Shown in pieces: positions 38,280 to 50,881 of a DNA stretch of 64,000 bases. Both the position numbers and the translations under genes were made by a program. The notes under the pieces are model-generated. The model did not search any database. It had not been told where the DNA came from and worked only from the letters and a program-made list of their open reading frames with translations. Within the stretch, counting starts at the first letter, position 1. Each line of letters starts with the position of its first letter. The stretch lies in NCBI GenBank assembly GCA_965178125.1, contig OZ237759.1:868001-932000 (forward strand), written 5' to 3'. The DNA is from Bilabrum cf. latius. Lineage: Eukaryota.

Positions 38280-41240
38280 TCACGCTGCACCACCAAAACC
38301 TATGCGACGACCACGACCACGCCTCCGCCGCTGCTACTCGTCCAGACGAGCCAGCATCGTGTTTGCCACGTCCTGAGACACCCATAAGTCATCATGCGCG
38401 CGCTACCCCACGAACACCATGCCCTGTCGAGACAGGATCCCGGCTACAGCTGCTCGCGACTAGTCGAACCCGCTGTGCTCGATCGACGCTGCGCCAATGG
38501 TGTACCGATCGAACGGGAACGACTTGAGCACATCCACCTCGGCCCCCTCCACGTCGAGCGTCAGGAAGTGGATCAGCCGAGGGGCGCCTATCTCGTCCAG
38601 CAGCGAGCCCAACGCCCGGATCGGCGCTTGCTCTACGTATGTGGAGTTGTCAACGCCACGCTGGTACCCCACATCGCTATGAGCCAACACCCCGGTCACA
38701 TCGCTCGCTGAAGTGCCCAAGGACAGAGTTCCACCGTCTGATGTCCCGAGTGCGGCGTGCACGCTGCGCGAGTTCGGCCGGCGCACTCGCAGCCCAGGTA
38801 GCTCTGACCCACGGGCCTCTACAAGTAGCCCAGTCCATCCCAACGCGTGCTCTAAAGCCCATGTGGTACTCAGTTTCCTCCCATCCACCGCCCCGGCCTC
38901 AACGAAAAAACCGCCCTGAAGGCCAGGCCACACCAACTCAGACACCCACTTGTCTTGCTCTAACAAGGCCTACGCAGCAAGTGGCATCGGCTTGCCCCGC
39001 ATCAGCGCCGGGCACAGCATTGTGGCCACCGACTCAGAGGACGGGACCTGGCGAAGCGGCATCTGGCTGGCCAGCCGTGCTGCCGCAATGGAGGCGGAAA
39101 CTAGGCAGTATAGCGAGGCACTGCCTGTCACAGGCGAATCACTCTGACGACTCGGACGAGACCACGTCCCCATCGTCTCAGTGGCCAAATATTGAAACAA
39201 AGTCTTGAACGCACGAGCTTGCGCCACCGGTCTCCACTACATGCCCCTGTCGCCCGTAAGGGACGTGTGCTCTGGCCAGTGGTGCTCAATTCTCAAGGAG
39301 CCTGTCTTGATTGCCACCGACAGCATCGTGTGCGTCCTGCTTGCGCTCCATGCGTCCTGCAGCACACGAACAGTGTCCAGTCCAGGGCCCCGCTGCAGCT
39401 CCAGGCCATCCAAATTCCGAGTGGCAGTTACCCCAACACCAGTCGTAAAGGATCCCGGCAGCTAGCGTGGCTGCACGTGCAGAGGTTTCGCCACCCTTTT
39501 GAAATTTGAAAGTGGCTCATCGCCATCTCCAGGCCACTGTTGAGCGTCTGCCTCCCGATGGTTCCGCATGTATTCCAGCTGCACCTGAGCCTGCAACGAC
39601 AGGCCCGACTCCGATGCAGATCGAGCAGCCACTCGCAGCGCTCGTCGGCGGCTCGAGCGGCCGGCTGGGTCCATGACAGCGGGTAAGCGCCCTGGTGCTG
39701 GCTAATATACCCTCTCAGGGTCCTGCATCCCCACCCCGAGGGTGCTTGCACGGATTTCTTTGGCTACTGTCACGCTGCTCTCCGCGCTGCCGGGCCGTAA
39801 ACGAAGCTCGCTGGGCTGCCGCAGTTGCAGAGGGCGTCCCTACAGGCTCGGGGTATCGGCATGCAGCACGCGTCCTGAGCACAGGGCAGTAATGGAGCGG
39901 GAGGCGCGCTCTGGCCGCATTGTCCAGTCGAGTTGGTCCTGTGCACGGCCACCTCGACTGAGCCACTCAGCTGCTCGCCTGAATCGGCTGCGAGCGACTC
40001 TGTCGGCCACCCAGCCCGATTGTCGCACCACCGCCTCACCGGATAGCCCGTGGGCACGAGACATGATAAAACGTCTCATCTAGGACCAGTTAGACCGGGA
40101 CTATGCTAGCCACACTCGCCCGGCCGACGACAGAGGCAATAGTCGAATCGCAGCTGCAAACGTCTCCTTGCTTGGTGAGTGCATGACCTGTAGCCGCTGG
40201 CATATGGATGGATCTGCGATTCCCCACGCCCTCGATGCGCACGCTCCTGCGGCCACTTGGCCCCACACAGTCCACCAGTCTTCGTCTAGCCTGCAATCCA
40301 ACTGCGGCCCCAGCCAGTCAAACTTTCCGCCACCTGCAGACTCGGCAGCATTGCACTAGATGGCAGAAGCTATCGCAACAAGGCCGGGCTGCTAGGCCAG
40401 CAGCGCAGACCTTGGCATCCACTCCCACGCGAACCTACCAAGGGGGGCGGCGTTGGAATAGCTTGTCCGTATCGATATAACGGCAGATTGCGCGTCACCA
40501 GCATCGTATTTCGTGCTGCAGTAGACTGCTTCCGCTGGCCACGACCACAGGCTCGATGCCCGCGCAGATGCATTGTTGCTTCTTTCGCTGTCTATTGCAC
40601 TGGCACCGATGCGTCCATCACTTCCAACGAAGTTGCGTAAAGCTATGCCGTGGACCGACACGGCGCCAGCAGCTTCGTTGAGCGCCGAGCATTCGTACGG
40701 AAGATCAATAATACCATCTGTGTGGGCCAAACGAGTCTCAGCTGCACTGAACGCCATACCATCCGTTCCCATCGCAGGATCTATCACGACCAGCGGTGGC
40801 ATTGCGGCGCGACATGCTTTCTCTAACTTGCTTGTCTGGATCAAATCAATCGATTGAGGAGATTGACCGTATGGTGGCACCCACTCAGCAACTGTCTTGC
40901 TCGTTTTGGTGGCAGCACCTCTCAAGATGTACGATGCGACGGCGTCGTACACGATCCCAGTCGATTGCTCGGGGCCGAAGACCATCGCAAGCTCTGCTGC
41001 AGCGGCCGCTGGCGTATCCGTGCCCGTTAATACGTCTGGGCAATCCAAGCGGGCCAGCTCAGGCACAACGGAAGGTCTACCGCTCGCATCGATACGATCG
41101 CTGGATAAATCCCAATATCGCATTCCAGTATGCGCATTGAAGTCCAGACGATGCCCGATACTACCATGGAATATCCAAATTAGTATCCAAACCCTATTCG
41201 GTATCGAGTCATTTCGTTCCATCTTCCAGTAAAAGTTCAT
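38280..41240 (-). CDS. Protein with a C-terminal FkbM-family (Methyltransf_21) methyltransferase domain (~985 aa)
   Basis: EQDKWV...GGFFVEAGAVDGRKLSTTWALEHALGWTGLLVEA...IHFLTLDVEGAEVDVLKSFPFDRYTI. Six listed ORFs share one frame joined by ~12 TAGs; TGA at 38280. The N-terminal extent is uncertain. Confidence 0.75.
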
Positions 41241-41424
41241 TTTTATTCCCGCCCGGATGCGGAGTCTAAACTACGGCTCCACTCGAGCGTTGTGCAACCC
41301 TGTCACTATATCTGTTGACATTGATCAAGAGGATGCATGCCACAGTCATACCCACGGACTGGCGCGGTGGGGAGGTGGTCGTCGAGACAATTGAGATCTT
41401 GCGGACTGGTCGCTCGGACAGAAT

Positions 41425-43227
41425 TCAACCAACTCTGGCCCTCTTCGAAGCGGGTTCGTCGTCGCCCCCACTGTCAGAGGCTTCGCCTCCAGAAGCCTAC
41501 CGGGCAGCCTCCACAATTGACTGGCCTTCTTTCCACTTCTGTGGCACCGCGAACGCATGCGTTGGTGCCATGGCCCCTTGCAGCGCCCCCGAGTGCGCCG
41601 AGAGTTTCTGCTCCTCCAGCACAACGAAGGGGGACTCTTTGCGCAAGCTGAGCCCAGGAGTGGGCACTGCTACTGAAGACGCCACGCTGGCCACGCTGGC
41701 GAGCCCTTGCGCGTGGCCAGGCCCCGGGCCTGATACAGTATCAGGCCCGGGTCCTCCGCTAATCGAAGCAGCGGCATGTTTGTCTGCGAGGCCTTTGTCC
41801 AGACCTGCAGCAGAGACTGTGGCAGCTGCAGACTACCCGTGGCTATAACTGGAACCCCCTGCCTAATCTTGCTGGGAGGGCGCTGCCACTCGGGAGGGGG
41901 CCTCCGCCGCTGCTGGCCTGCCCCATAGTGACCTCCTGCCGGCAGAGGGCAGGACAGCCATCTCTGCCCCCTCCCCTGCCACGCTCCCGCCCTGGCCCTG
42001 ATCCACCTCGGCCTCGGTGAAATCGGCAGGATTGGGGGCATCAAATGGATTCCCGTACACGGGCTGGGAGTTATGGTCAACGGGGGGCTTGCCCCACCCA
42101 CCAGCGTGATATCCGTACGTGGTGGCTGGCGGGATGGGCGCATTCACGCCTGGGACTCGCATCTGCTGGTACGACGGAGGTGGACCATACCGCTGCATAC
42201 CCAGTAGCCACGGAGGGGGGTCCAGAGGCCCGCCCATGCCCAGTGCTCGCCTCAGCCTCGCCGAGAGCCGCCCCGGCCTGACCCCCGCCCTCATCTTGAC
42301 GTACTCCCTGCCCTCGAAGTACAGCTCGCCGAACCCGGAGAGCTTGGGCTTGCTCTAGTACCGGAAGAATGCATCGTACAGCTTGTCAGGCTCGATCGCG
42401 AGCTGCCCCGTCTTGGGTCTGACCTGCTCCCGCATCCGCTGCTTGAGCGACTTGCCCTGGTCCGCCTCTGCAAGGGCGTCCCTCAGAGCCCCAATGCCCG
42501 TGTCCGCGATGAACTGCGGCAGCACAAAGGGGCCTCGCTCCACGCCCCGCTTGCCCTGCATGTATTTACGCTTCCTGCTCCAGTGGCGCGGGATGGAGAC
42601 CGTATTGCGGTATGCCTTCAAGAAGGCCAGGAACACGGGGTCTGCTGCGGTCGAGTCATGCGTCTCTATCACCTCGGGGCGCGGGGCCCTGGCTTTGAGA
42701 GAGGCTAGGGACGGAGCCAGCAGGGCTCGCCTCCTGCGATTGGACATCAGCGACAGGGGCGCCTGGCCCTCCCCTATGCGACGCGCTGCCTCGGCAACGC
42801 CAAGCTCGCCCTCGTCGCCCTCCCTCTCGAGCTCTTTCTGCGGACCAGATTGACCATCTCGAGGAATGGCATCTTCTAAGCCCTCATCCACGGCTAACTC
42901 GTGCTGTTTCTGGGCAACCATGCTCTCAAATGCCCGAAATACCTCTTGGAATGCCTCTTGCGTGGGCACTGCTTCCGTCTGCTGGGCACCACCATTCACA
43001 ACCTTGCCGGAGAGATCCCTATCGGAGGGGCTCTAAGCAAAAGCAAACGCTGACTGAATAGTTGTAGACGGCGTAGTGCTGCCAGTGGTGGCTTTCCGCC
43101 GTCTTCGCTTGCGGCCTCGCCGCTTCACGACCGGCTGTTTCGCACCCCCAGATGCGCCTCCACTGTGCTCTAAAGCAACTACAGCCGATTCTTGAGATAT
43201 TTTTGGTCTTTCGTCTGTATTCTGCAT
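41425..43227 (-). CDS. SF3B2: U2 snRNP splicing factor 3B subunit 2 (SAP145/Cus1)
   Basis: RPEVIETHDSTAADPVFLAFLKAYRNTVSIPRHWSRKRKYMQGKRGVER, LKQRMREQVRPK, YDAFFRY[TAG]SKPKLSGFGELYFEGRE, PSP domain PPPWLLGMQRYGPPPSY...GWGKPPVD. Five TAGs, TGA at 41425. Confidence 0.93.
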
Positions 43228-43809
43228 TTCCTTTTCAGGCTATCGCGACGCTGGTGCGCTCGGCTTCGCAGCTGCAACGCTTGGTGTACTTCGTGCCTGC
43301 TGCTCCAGGACTGCAATTAATCTTGCTTGCTGCGACCTTGATCATAGATGGTCAAAACATAACGGCATGGCAAAATCAAGTAGGGTGATGGCATAGAATG
43401 GAAATTAGGCTCACTAGCTCTGCTTTTCGTCCTCGGTGGTTCACGCCCAGATCTTTAAGCCTATCTCTCAAATCAACCACCCGGAGACTGTGCACATCTT
43501 GTACATCAGCCATTTTATAGACTCAATTATACAAGTGGACTCCAGCTGAGTGCTGCGCACAGATTTCAGGTGTCTTTGCGTTGCTGCTGCGGCAGCTCTG
43601 GCAGCAGTGCCCTGCACCTCTCGGTGGGGCAAACATCTGGTGGCAAACCGCTTGACGTGCAACAAACAACACAGCACAAGCAAAAAGATACATGGACTCG
43701 CTTTGAGCGTATCATTGAGCTCAAACGGGTGCTGTGTGCTGTGCAGTACTTGCTCAGGCTTGCCTTGCGATCTTCCGCAGCTGATGCTCGCATCCATTGT
43801 CAGTCATAC

Positions 43810-44657
43810 TCATTTCGCAAACCCAAGCGAGAGCTTCAGACCACCTGTCGCCTCGGTTCCATCAAGGCCCCTGCGCGCAACGTCAGCCTCTGAAATCGAC
43901 GAAAAAGTCACGAAGGCCATTCCCTTGCCCCCGGGCACCAGCCGCACGCTCTCAAACCCCGCGAATTGCCCGAAGATCGCCGTTAGTGACTCCGAGCTGG
44001 CATCTGCACCCAGACCATCCGCAAACAGAACTTTGCTAGGCTCGTTGCTGGTAGCCTCAGAGCCTTGTGGGTCAGTCCTGGCTCTCTTAGAAGCGCGGCC
44101 AGGCTACTCCTCGCCCGGAGCCGCCGCTTCCTGACTGCCGGCCGCATGCCCGCTGCCTTCCGTCGAGGCTGATGCATTTGACCCTGCACCACTAGCTGCT
44201 GGGGCTTCTGATTCGTGTCCAGATTCCAAGTCCTAGCGTGATCGCTTTGCTCCAATACTGCCGCTGCCTGCAGCGGTTAGCTCAGGACTCTGCTCTGCTA
44301 CCTTGTCTTCGCCTTTCTTGGCTGCAAACGCAATCGCCATGGGCTTCCCAAACAGTGGAAACGACTACATTTGCTTCAGGGCGACACTTGATGCCGCTGT
44401 GGTCTCGAAATCTAGCCATGCCTGACCCTTCAACTTGAGTGTTTTCGCGGCCTGCGATGCGATTTTCAGTGCAAACGCCGTGAGAAAGTGTACATTGTCG
44501 AATTTCACAAACGAGTGCAAGCAGTCGGTGCCCTGCTCACGTGGATTCTGGTTATCTTTCCAAACTAGGAGAAGATGGCATACAGAGCCCTCTTCAAAGG
44601 ACCCTTCTTCACCTTCTCGTCAAGATTCCGAACATAAAGGGTCTTGCAAGCCGCCAT
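43810..44657 (-). CDS. SNRPB2: U1A/U2B''/SNF-family two-RRM snRNP protein; exons 44657-44541 and 44451-43810 (absent from the ORF track)
   Basis: Manual translation: MAACKTLYVRNLDEKVKKGPLKRALYAIFS[TAG]FGKITRIH|AAKTLKLKGQAWLDFETTAASSVALKQM[TAG]SFPLFGKPMAIAFA...PSKVLFADGL...FGQFAGFESVRLVPGGKGMAFVTF...LSLGFAK-TGA. 89-nt GTGAGC...GCAG intron. U1A versus U2B'' assignment is tentative. Confidence 0.88.
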
Positions 44658-44862
44658 AAGATGCTACTATGAACGAAACTTACTGCGTGGCGGCTGCAAA
44701 CCGGCCAGGACAATTTTACGCTCTGTGTTCCGCATCATGATGGGCACATGAAGGTTCGGGCGCGGCGCCAACAACAAGAATGCGCCTTCTGGGGACTAGA
44801 ATCAAGTTTTCAAAGAGCGTATTCAGCGAAGCTGCACATTTTACTAAATACTATTGTATATA

Positions 44863-47188
44863 ATGGCTTCTGCGGCTGCTGGAGGTGCCGCTGGTGGAAA
44901 GAGCGCCATGTCGACGGCGAAAAAGGTGAGGTTGCCGTTTGAGCCGGACAATTATCGCCAGGTGTGCACGTCTGTATGCCATCATACTGTATAGACTAAA
45001 TGCGAGTGACTAAATATAAGCTTCTAAAGTGTTGCAGATGGCAAAGACTTTCGCTAAGTCCAGCGAAACAGTGAAAGTCGTAGTTCGAGTTCGACCGCTG
45101 TTCGGGAAAGAGATAGAAGAGAAGCGACAGGTAGCATGCACGGTTGACGAGGACAGTTGCGAAGTTTCATTGAAAGACCCAAAGGGGGGCGAGCATGATT
45201 TGCCGCGGAAGTTTACGTTCGATGCGTGCTTTCCAGCAACAGTCACGCAACGACGTGTGTACGACAGGACGGCAGCTTCGATTGTGGAGAGCGTCATGGA
45301 GGGCTTTAATGGGACCATATTTGCGTATGGACAGACCGGAGCAGGAAAAACCCATACGATGGAAGGGAAAGCGGATCCCCCAGAGATGCGAGGGCTCATG
45401 CCGAACGCATTCTAGCACATTTTCGAGTGCGTTGCAGCCAACGAAGACGAGGAGAAACAGTTCTTGGTGCGAGCCTCATATTTGGAGATTTACAACGAGG
45501 AAATCAGGGACCTGCTGAGCCGAGACCCGAAGAACCGCCTGGAGCTGAAGGAGAGCGTGGACACCGGAGTGTTCGTGAAGGACCTGACCACAGCTGTCGT
45601 CAAGTCCGCGGCCGAGATCGACGCAGTGCTGCAGAGTGGAAAGAAGAATAGGTCCACAGGCGCAACACTCATGAATGCGACTTCCTCCCGCTCTCACTCT
45701 ATCTTCACTGTGACGATTGAGACATCCAGCAAAGGGGTCGACGGCAAGCAGCACTTTAGGGTGGGCAAGCTCAACATGGTCGATTTGGCCGGGTCCGAGA
45801 GGCAGAGCAAGACCGGGGCCACCGGTTAGAGGCTTAAGGAAGCCACAAAAATCAATTTGTCGCTGTCGGCGCTGGGGAACGTCATCTCGGCGCTGGTGGA
45901 CAGCAAGAGCAAGCACATCCCGTACAGGGACTCGAAGCTCACTCGCCTGCTGCAGGACTCGCTGGGAGGCAACACCAAGACCTGCATGATTGCCAATTGC
46001 GGCCCCGCAGACTATAACTACGATGAGACGCTGTCTACGCTCCGGTACGCGGACCGCGCCAAGCAGATCAAGAACAAGCCGCGCATCAACGAGGACCCAA
46101 AGGACGCCATGCTGCGCGAGTACTAGCAGGAGATCGAGAGACTGCGGGCCATGCTCGAGTAGAAGGCCAAACAGGCCTCCTCTGCGCCGCAGGTGACCAT
46201 CGGTGGCGTGGCCGTGCCTGCCTCGGGGGAGACTGCTGCCGCGAGGGAAGCAGCGCAGCAGGCGCATGCAGCTGCGCAAGCAACCGGCTTGTCGGACGCA
46301 GAGCGCCAGCGGCTGGAGGCTGAGGCCGCGAAGAAACAGAAGGAGCTGGAGACGCGGGCGCGCGAGGAGAAGGAGAAGCTGCTGCAGGACAAGGCCAGGA
46401 CCGAGGAGGAGAGGGCCGCGCTGGCTGCCCAGCTCGAGGCGCAGGAGAAGGCGCAGAGGGAGGCGGCGTAGGCTAAGGCCCAGTTGCAGACCCAGCTGGA
46501 GAGCATGTAGAAGAAGCTGATCAAGGGCAGCGAGATGATGGACCTGGCGGCCAAGCAGCAGGAGGACCTGAGGCGGGCGCAGATGGAGCTACAGGAGCGC
46601 AAGCGGCAAGAGGCCAAGCTGAGCCAGGAGCTGGAGGAGGCCAACATCATGATGGAGGAGTAGTACGCAAACATGGCAGAGGAGGTCGAGGCGAAGCGGG
46701 CCAAGCTCAAGAAGCTCTTCGGGAAGTGGCAGAGCGCCAAGGCCGAGATCAGAGACCTCAAGGAGGAATCGCAGAGGGAGAAAGAAGACATGCTGGCCAC
46801 CATCCGGGAGCTGAACAGGGTCATCAAGCTCAAGCAGGTGCTGCTGGACCACTTCGTGCCTCCCCAGGAGGTCGAGCGGCTTGAGACCAGGGCCCAGTGG
46901 GACGATGAGGCGGAGGAGTGGATGGTCATGGGGCACAAAATCACTGGCAACTCGCTCAGGCCGAGAAGGCCCAACTTGGTGCCGGGTGCGCGCAGAGCGG
47001 AGGCCCAGTTTGCGGCTGCCCGGCGAAGCTTCGACCCATCTGCCAGGTGGAGGGGGGAAGACCCTGTGCAGCTGCAGGCCGAGCCCGCCCTGCGGACGGC
47101 AGCGCCGTACAATCCTAGCATGCGGGAGAGAGTGGCTCTGTTGGGTGATTCTGCCGGTGCCTCCAGTGGAGCGGGGGCAGAGGGTTGA
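44863..47188 (+). CDS. KIF3: Kinesin-2 motor subunit (KIF3/FLA8/FLA10-like); exons 44863-44925, 45038-47188
   Basis: [70 protein letters not shown][TAG][59 protein letters not shown][TAG]QEI, coiled-coil stalk. Seven TAGs. Confidence 0.93.
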
Positions 47189-47306
47189 ACGCATGCGACG
47201 TGGTACACAAGTCTACCGTTTCAACTCTGGATCATATCAGTCATTGAGCTCTTGCAACATACGGAGAAAATGCAGATTTAATACCAAATTCATCCATAAG
47301 TACAGC

Positions 47307-47855
47307 TTAATTGGAGTTTGCAGGCTAATGTGTGGGCTCCTTGCTGGTACTGGCCTCCTCTGGGCCAGCGCTGTCCTGGGCCTACGCAGCAGCGGCCCCC
47401 GTGCTAGACCGCGTGCCGAACCACAAAAGGGCAATCAGCATCTCAATGCAGAAGGCCCACACAACAAACATGAAGTTGCTGATTCTTCGAATCGTTACGC
47501 CTCCCCAGCTTTCTGCCTGTGACTCCAACCCTGCAATGCTCGCTTCAACCTGCTCCACGCGAGCCACGAAATCTGAAGTCTCCGAATCTACAAAGTCACA
47601 CGTCTCTTGCATTACTCGACCAGCTGATGACTCAAGCTCTTGATCGATTTCAGACCTCCATGCTTGCTTTGCTCGTTTAAGGTACTCTTGTCGGAGCTGG
47701 GCCGTATCCTCAAGCAAACGACCAGTCGAAACGTTGCTTAGTCGCTGCCTAGATTTCGTGTCTGGATGGGAGTTCCTCCTCTGCAATACGGTAGTCCATT
47801 CCTATCTTAACATGTCCAACTACTGACTTCGCGCGGCATCAGTCTGCTCTGACAT
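47307..47855 (-). CDS. Small coiled-coil protein with a C-terminal hydrophobic segment (~182 aa)
   Basis: ATG 47855 and four in-frame TAGs extend ORF 47382..47786. Hydrophobic FMFVVWAFCIEMLIALLWF. Ends at TAA 47307-47309. Confidence 0.5.
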
Positions 47856-48226
47856 GCCACTAAATCAGCTTGAAAAGACTTAAATTGGCAAACACTAGGC
47901 TCTTAATTCGGCATCAGGCAGTTTCACGCCACCTGTATATAGATTTTAACCATCCCATTGCATTAAACAATAAAGCACAGCAAGCAATAGAATCACTGTC
48001 GTTTGTTAAGGGTGCAGAAATCGAGCTGGAGGGCGCTGAATATGCTAGTTCCGGTTATACTGCCTCGGCAGCAACACGTCTCTAGACACTCTCCTCTGAG
48101 GTATCGACAACAAATATGTCGGCCTGATCATGTGTGTATATCTAATAGTGATGCATTTTCCAAGGTGATACCTGCATAGAAACCTTCACAGCTGCAACGA
48201 GATCCGGATCAGGAACAGGTCAGGTC

Positions 48227-50881
48227 GTGGTTCGTCGTTGGCGATACACCTCCACTATGTGGAGTCTAATACCTGGTGGAATAATTAAGCTTGAGGGTGG
48301 ATTTGTGAGATGCCAGCTGCAGCACGCCTATTCTGCATGGTTCTACGCTCGATCCGTTCACGTGAAAGTGTTTAGTTCGCTAGCCAACGCACATTTTCTC
48401 CTCACGCAGCACTTATCGCGGTACTTTAGCGGTCAGTATAAAGAGACTGCCGATAGCCCACAAGTTGCCGTCGTAGAGGTTCGTGCTGCTCGACCAGACG
48501 GTATGACCAGGCTCCACGTTGCAATCGCACTCGAGCGACCAGGTACCTACCGCGTCATGGCAGTTGCAAGAACTCCAAATAATGTGCTATCAGATTTTGT
48601 TTCTAGATGCGGCGATCTCCAAGGTGGCTTCTTGAGCGGTAATCTTCGGCAGCGCTGGCTCGTCGATACCCAACGGGCCTTCGACCGCGCAGAGCGTGCT
48701 GATCAGTTCGCACGAGCAGTTCCAGAGGCAAATTGGCATTGCCACATGATCAAAATCGCTAGATGTGTTTCTCAGGGAGTCATTAGGGCTCGGATTAGGC
48801 CGGGTGCTCTCAGCCTTCGTGCACCGCTTGATGTGCCAAGTGGCAGCGCCGGTGACAGTGTCCAGGGTGCGCCCTCGAGCTCCCAGTCGAAGCTAAGCCT
48901 TCCGCCACACGAGCCTACTGGCCCCGAACAGCTCATTGAGGGTCCTCGAAGCACGCATTGGCGATCCAAGACGCTGTTAGCATCGCTAGAACCAGGCTCG
49001 TGCGCTGCTCGCCATGCATCGCGACGGCTCAGTGCCATCGACGCTGACTGCGCGGTGCTGCGGGCCATCCTTTGGGGATTCGCGGCCCACTCGCATCGTG
49101 CCGCCGTACTGGCAAACCCTTTCCCGAGTCGGTTTGCGGCTGTATCTGCTGCTGGTGGTGGTTCTGCTGCCGCAGCAGGCCCTAGCCCGTCTTCACGCGG
49201 AATGTCGTCGTCTCTGCTGTCGAGCTATGAGCGGCTGTCCCAAGCCGTGTCAGTCGACCCAATTCTTGGCCCCATTGACATTGCCCGGGCTCGCCGCGCA
49301 ACGATGGCAAGCCTTTCATGCTTGCAGTCCTCGGATAACCAGGCCGTCAGCCCGGCAAAAGTGCCAACGGACGCCCAGATCCTGCTTGAGTTTTTAGCCA
49401 TGGACGTGCCAACTGCATGCGGGTGGACCTGGTGCGAGAGCAGTGACGCTTCTAGTGGATTGGCGCGCCCAACCATACCCTTGGCGAGATGCCCGAAGAG
49501 CATTGGCATTTGCCAGCCCACCCGCTTGTCGGACAAACCCATGCTCGATGACTCCTACCACGAGCAAGAGCTGCTCGGGTCAGTGGCAGGTGCACGGCTC
49601 TTGGAGATAGAGGGTCGGCTTCGGCGGGTGTCGCTGGCACGCTGCTTGCAGACGAATGCACTGATCAACGGAGCGCCTCTTGCTCCGTCGTTGGCCGCCA
49701 CAGGGCTGTTGTCCGACTAGGCTGCTGCCGACGTGTTCGGGGGAACTGCCTCTCGTCCAAGCGGGGGTGCATCATGCACGGGGCTGCCACTTGCATCTAA
49801 ATTTCGAGACCCTGGCTGGCAGTCCATCGTGCAGGTGACTTGGCCCGTCCTCGAGGTGCGAGTACACCAGCACAACGAGTGGGCTGCGGCCCACGAGGCA
49901 CTGGCAGCCCGCCAGGGCAGCCTGCTCTTGTTTCACGGCACCTCACTGGAGGCCGCCCACTCTGTTATGCAGAATGGGCTGCGGAGCATGAGCGGGACAG
50001 CGCACGAGAAAACCGGGGCCGTGCACGGGGACGGCATATACCTGGCTGCACGCCCCCTCATTGCGCTACAGTATGCGAGAGGGCCGGGCATAGATACAAT
50101 GGCAAGCATAGAATCAGCATCGACAAGCGATGGCTTGCCTGCGAGGGATTCTACCCGGAAGCGCTGCACTACCTGGGGTCCCCATGCATACAGCAGCACA
50201 GCTGTTGGTGCTGCACTGGGCGGGGCACCACAAGCAGCAAGTGCACCAAGGGAAGGCTCGTCCCATGGGCCGGCCTCTGGGCGTGATTCGCTACTACAGA
50301 GCCGATGGATGCGCTGCGTATTCGCAGTAGAGGTCGTGCCGGGCACCACGTTGGGATCGGGCGCGCCGCTACACCAAGTGGCCGGGGAGTCCTCCGCACA
50401 GACACAGCTGCCAGGCCTCAAGGCGCCAGACAGGTGTGTACTCGGGACATCAGGTGGTGTGTACGTTCTCAAGGAGCCCCGCCGTGCGAGAGTCACGCAT
50501 CTGCTGGTGTTCCACGGCGGCGAGGCGGATGGACCACGGGCCATGACGCACACACAGGTGCGGCAGGTACCGGTAAAATTGCAATTTTACCGGTTCGCGG
50601 CGACTTAGATAGCAAGCCATGCTGAGCACAAGGATTGTAATGTCGCCACAACCACAGTGGACGTGGTTCAACGCACTAGGGTGCCAAGAAAGCAGGGCAA
50701 GCGGGAGCAAAATGGAGCTCGAAGTGGCAAGCCATCAATGGGTGTTGCAGCCTCAAGCAGACAATACACTGTGGGCCAAGGCATAAGTGCCGCTGTGTAG
50801 GATCTCGGTATGGACCCTATCAGTGCTGTGGCTATCACAATTGCTATCCTCGCCCTGGCGTTGGTATGGCTTGGTATTTGA
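48227..50881 (+). CDS. PARP-family (probably mono-)ADP-ribosyltransferase with a C-terminal TM tail (PARP16/6/8-like); 5' end uncertain
   Basis: LFHGTSLEAAHSVMQNGL...GAVHGDGIYLA...ALQYA...CVFAVEV...VYVL...VTHLLVF. Reading through TAGs at 49718, 50606 and 50798 adds the tail ISAVAITIAILALALVWLGI-TGA(50879). Confidence 0.7.
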
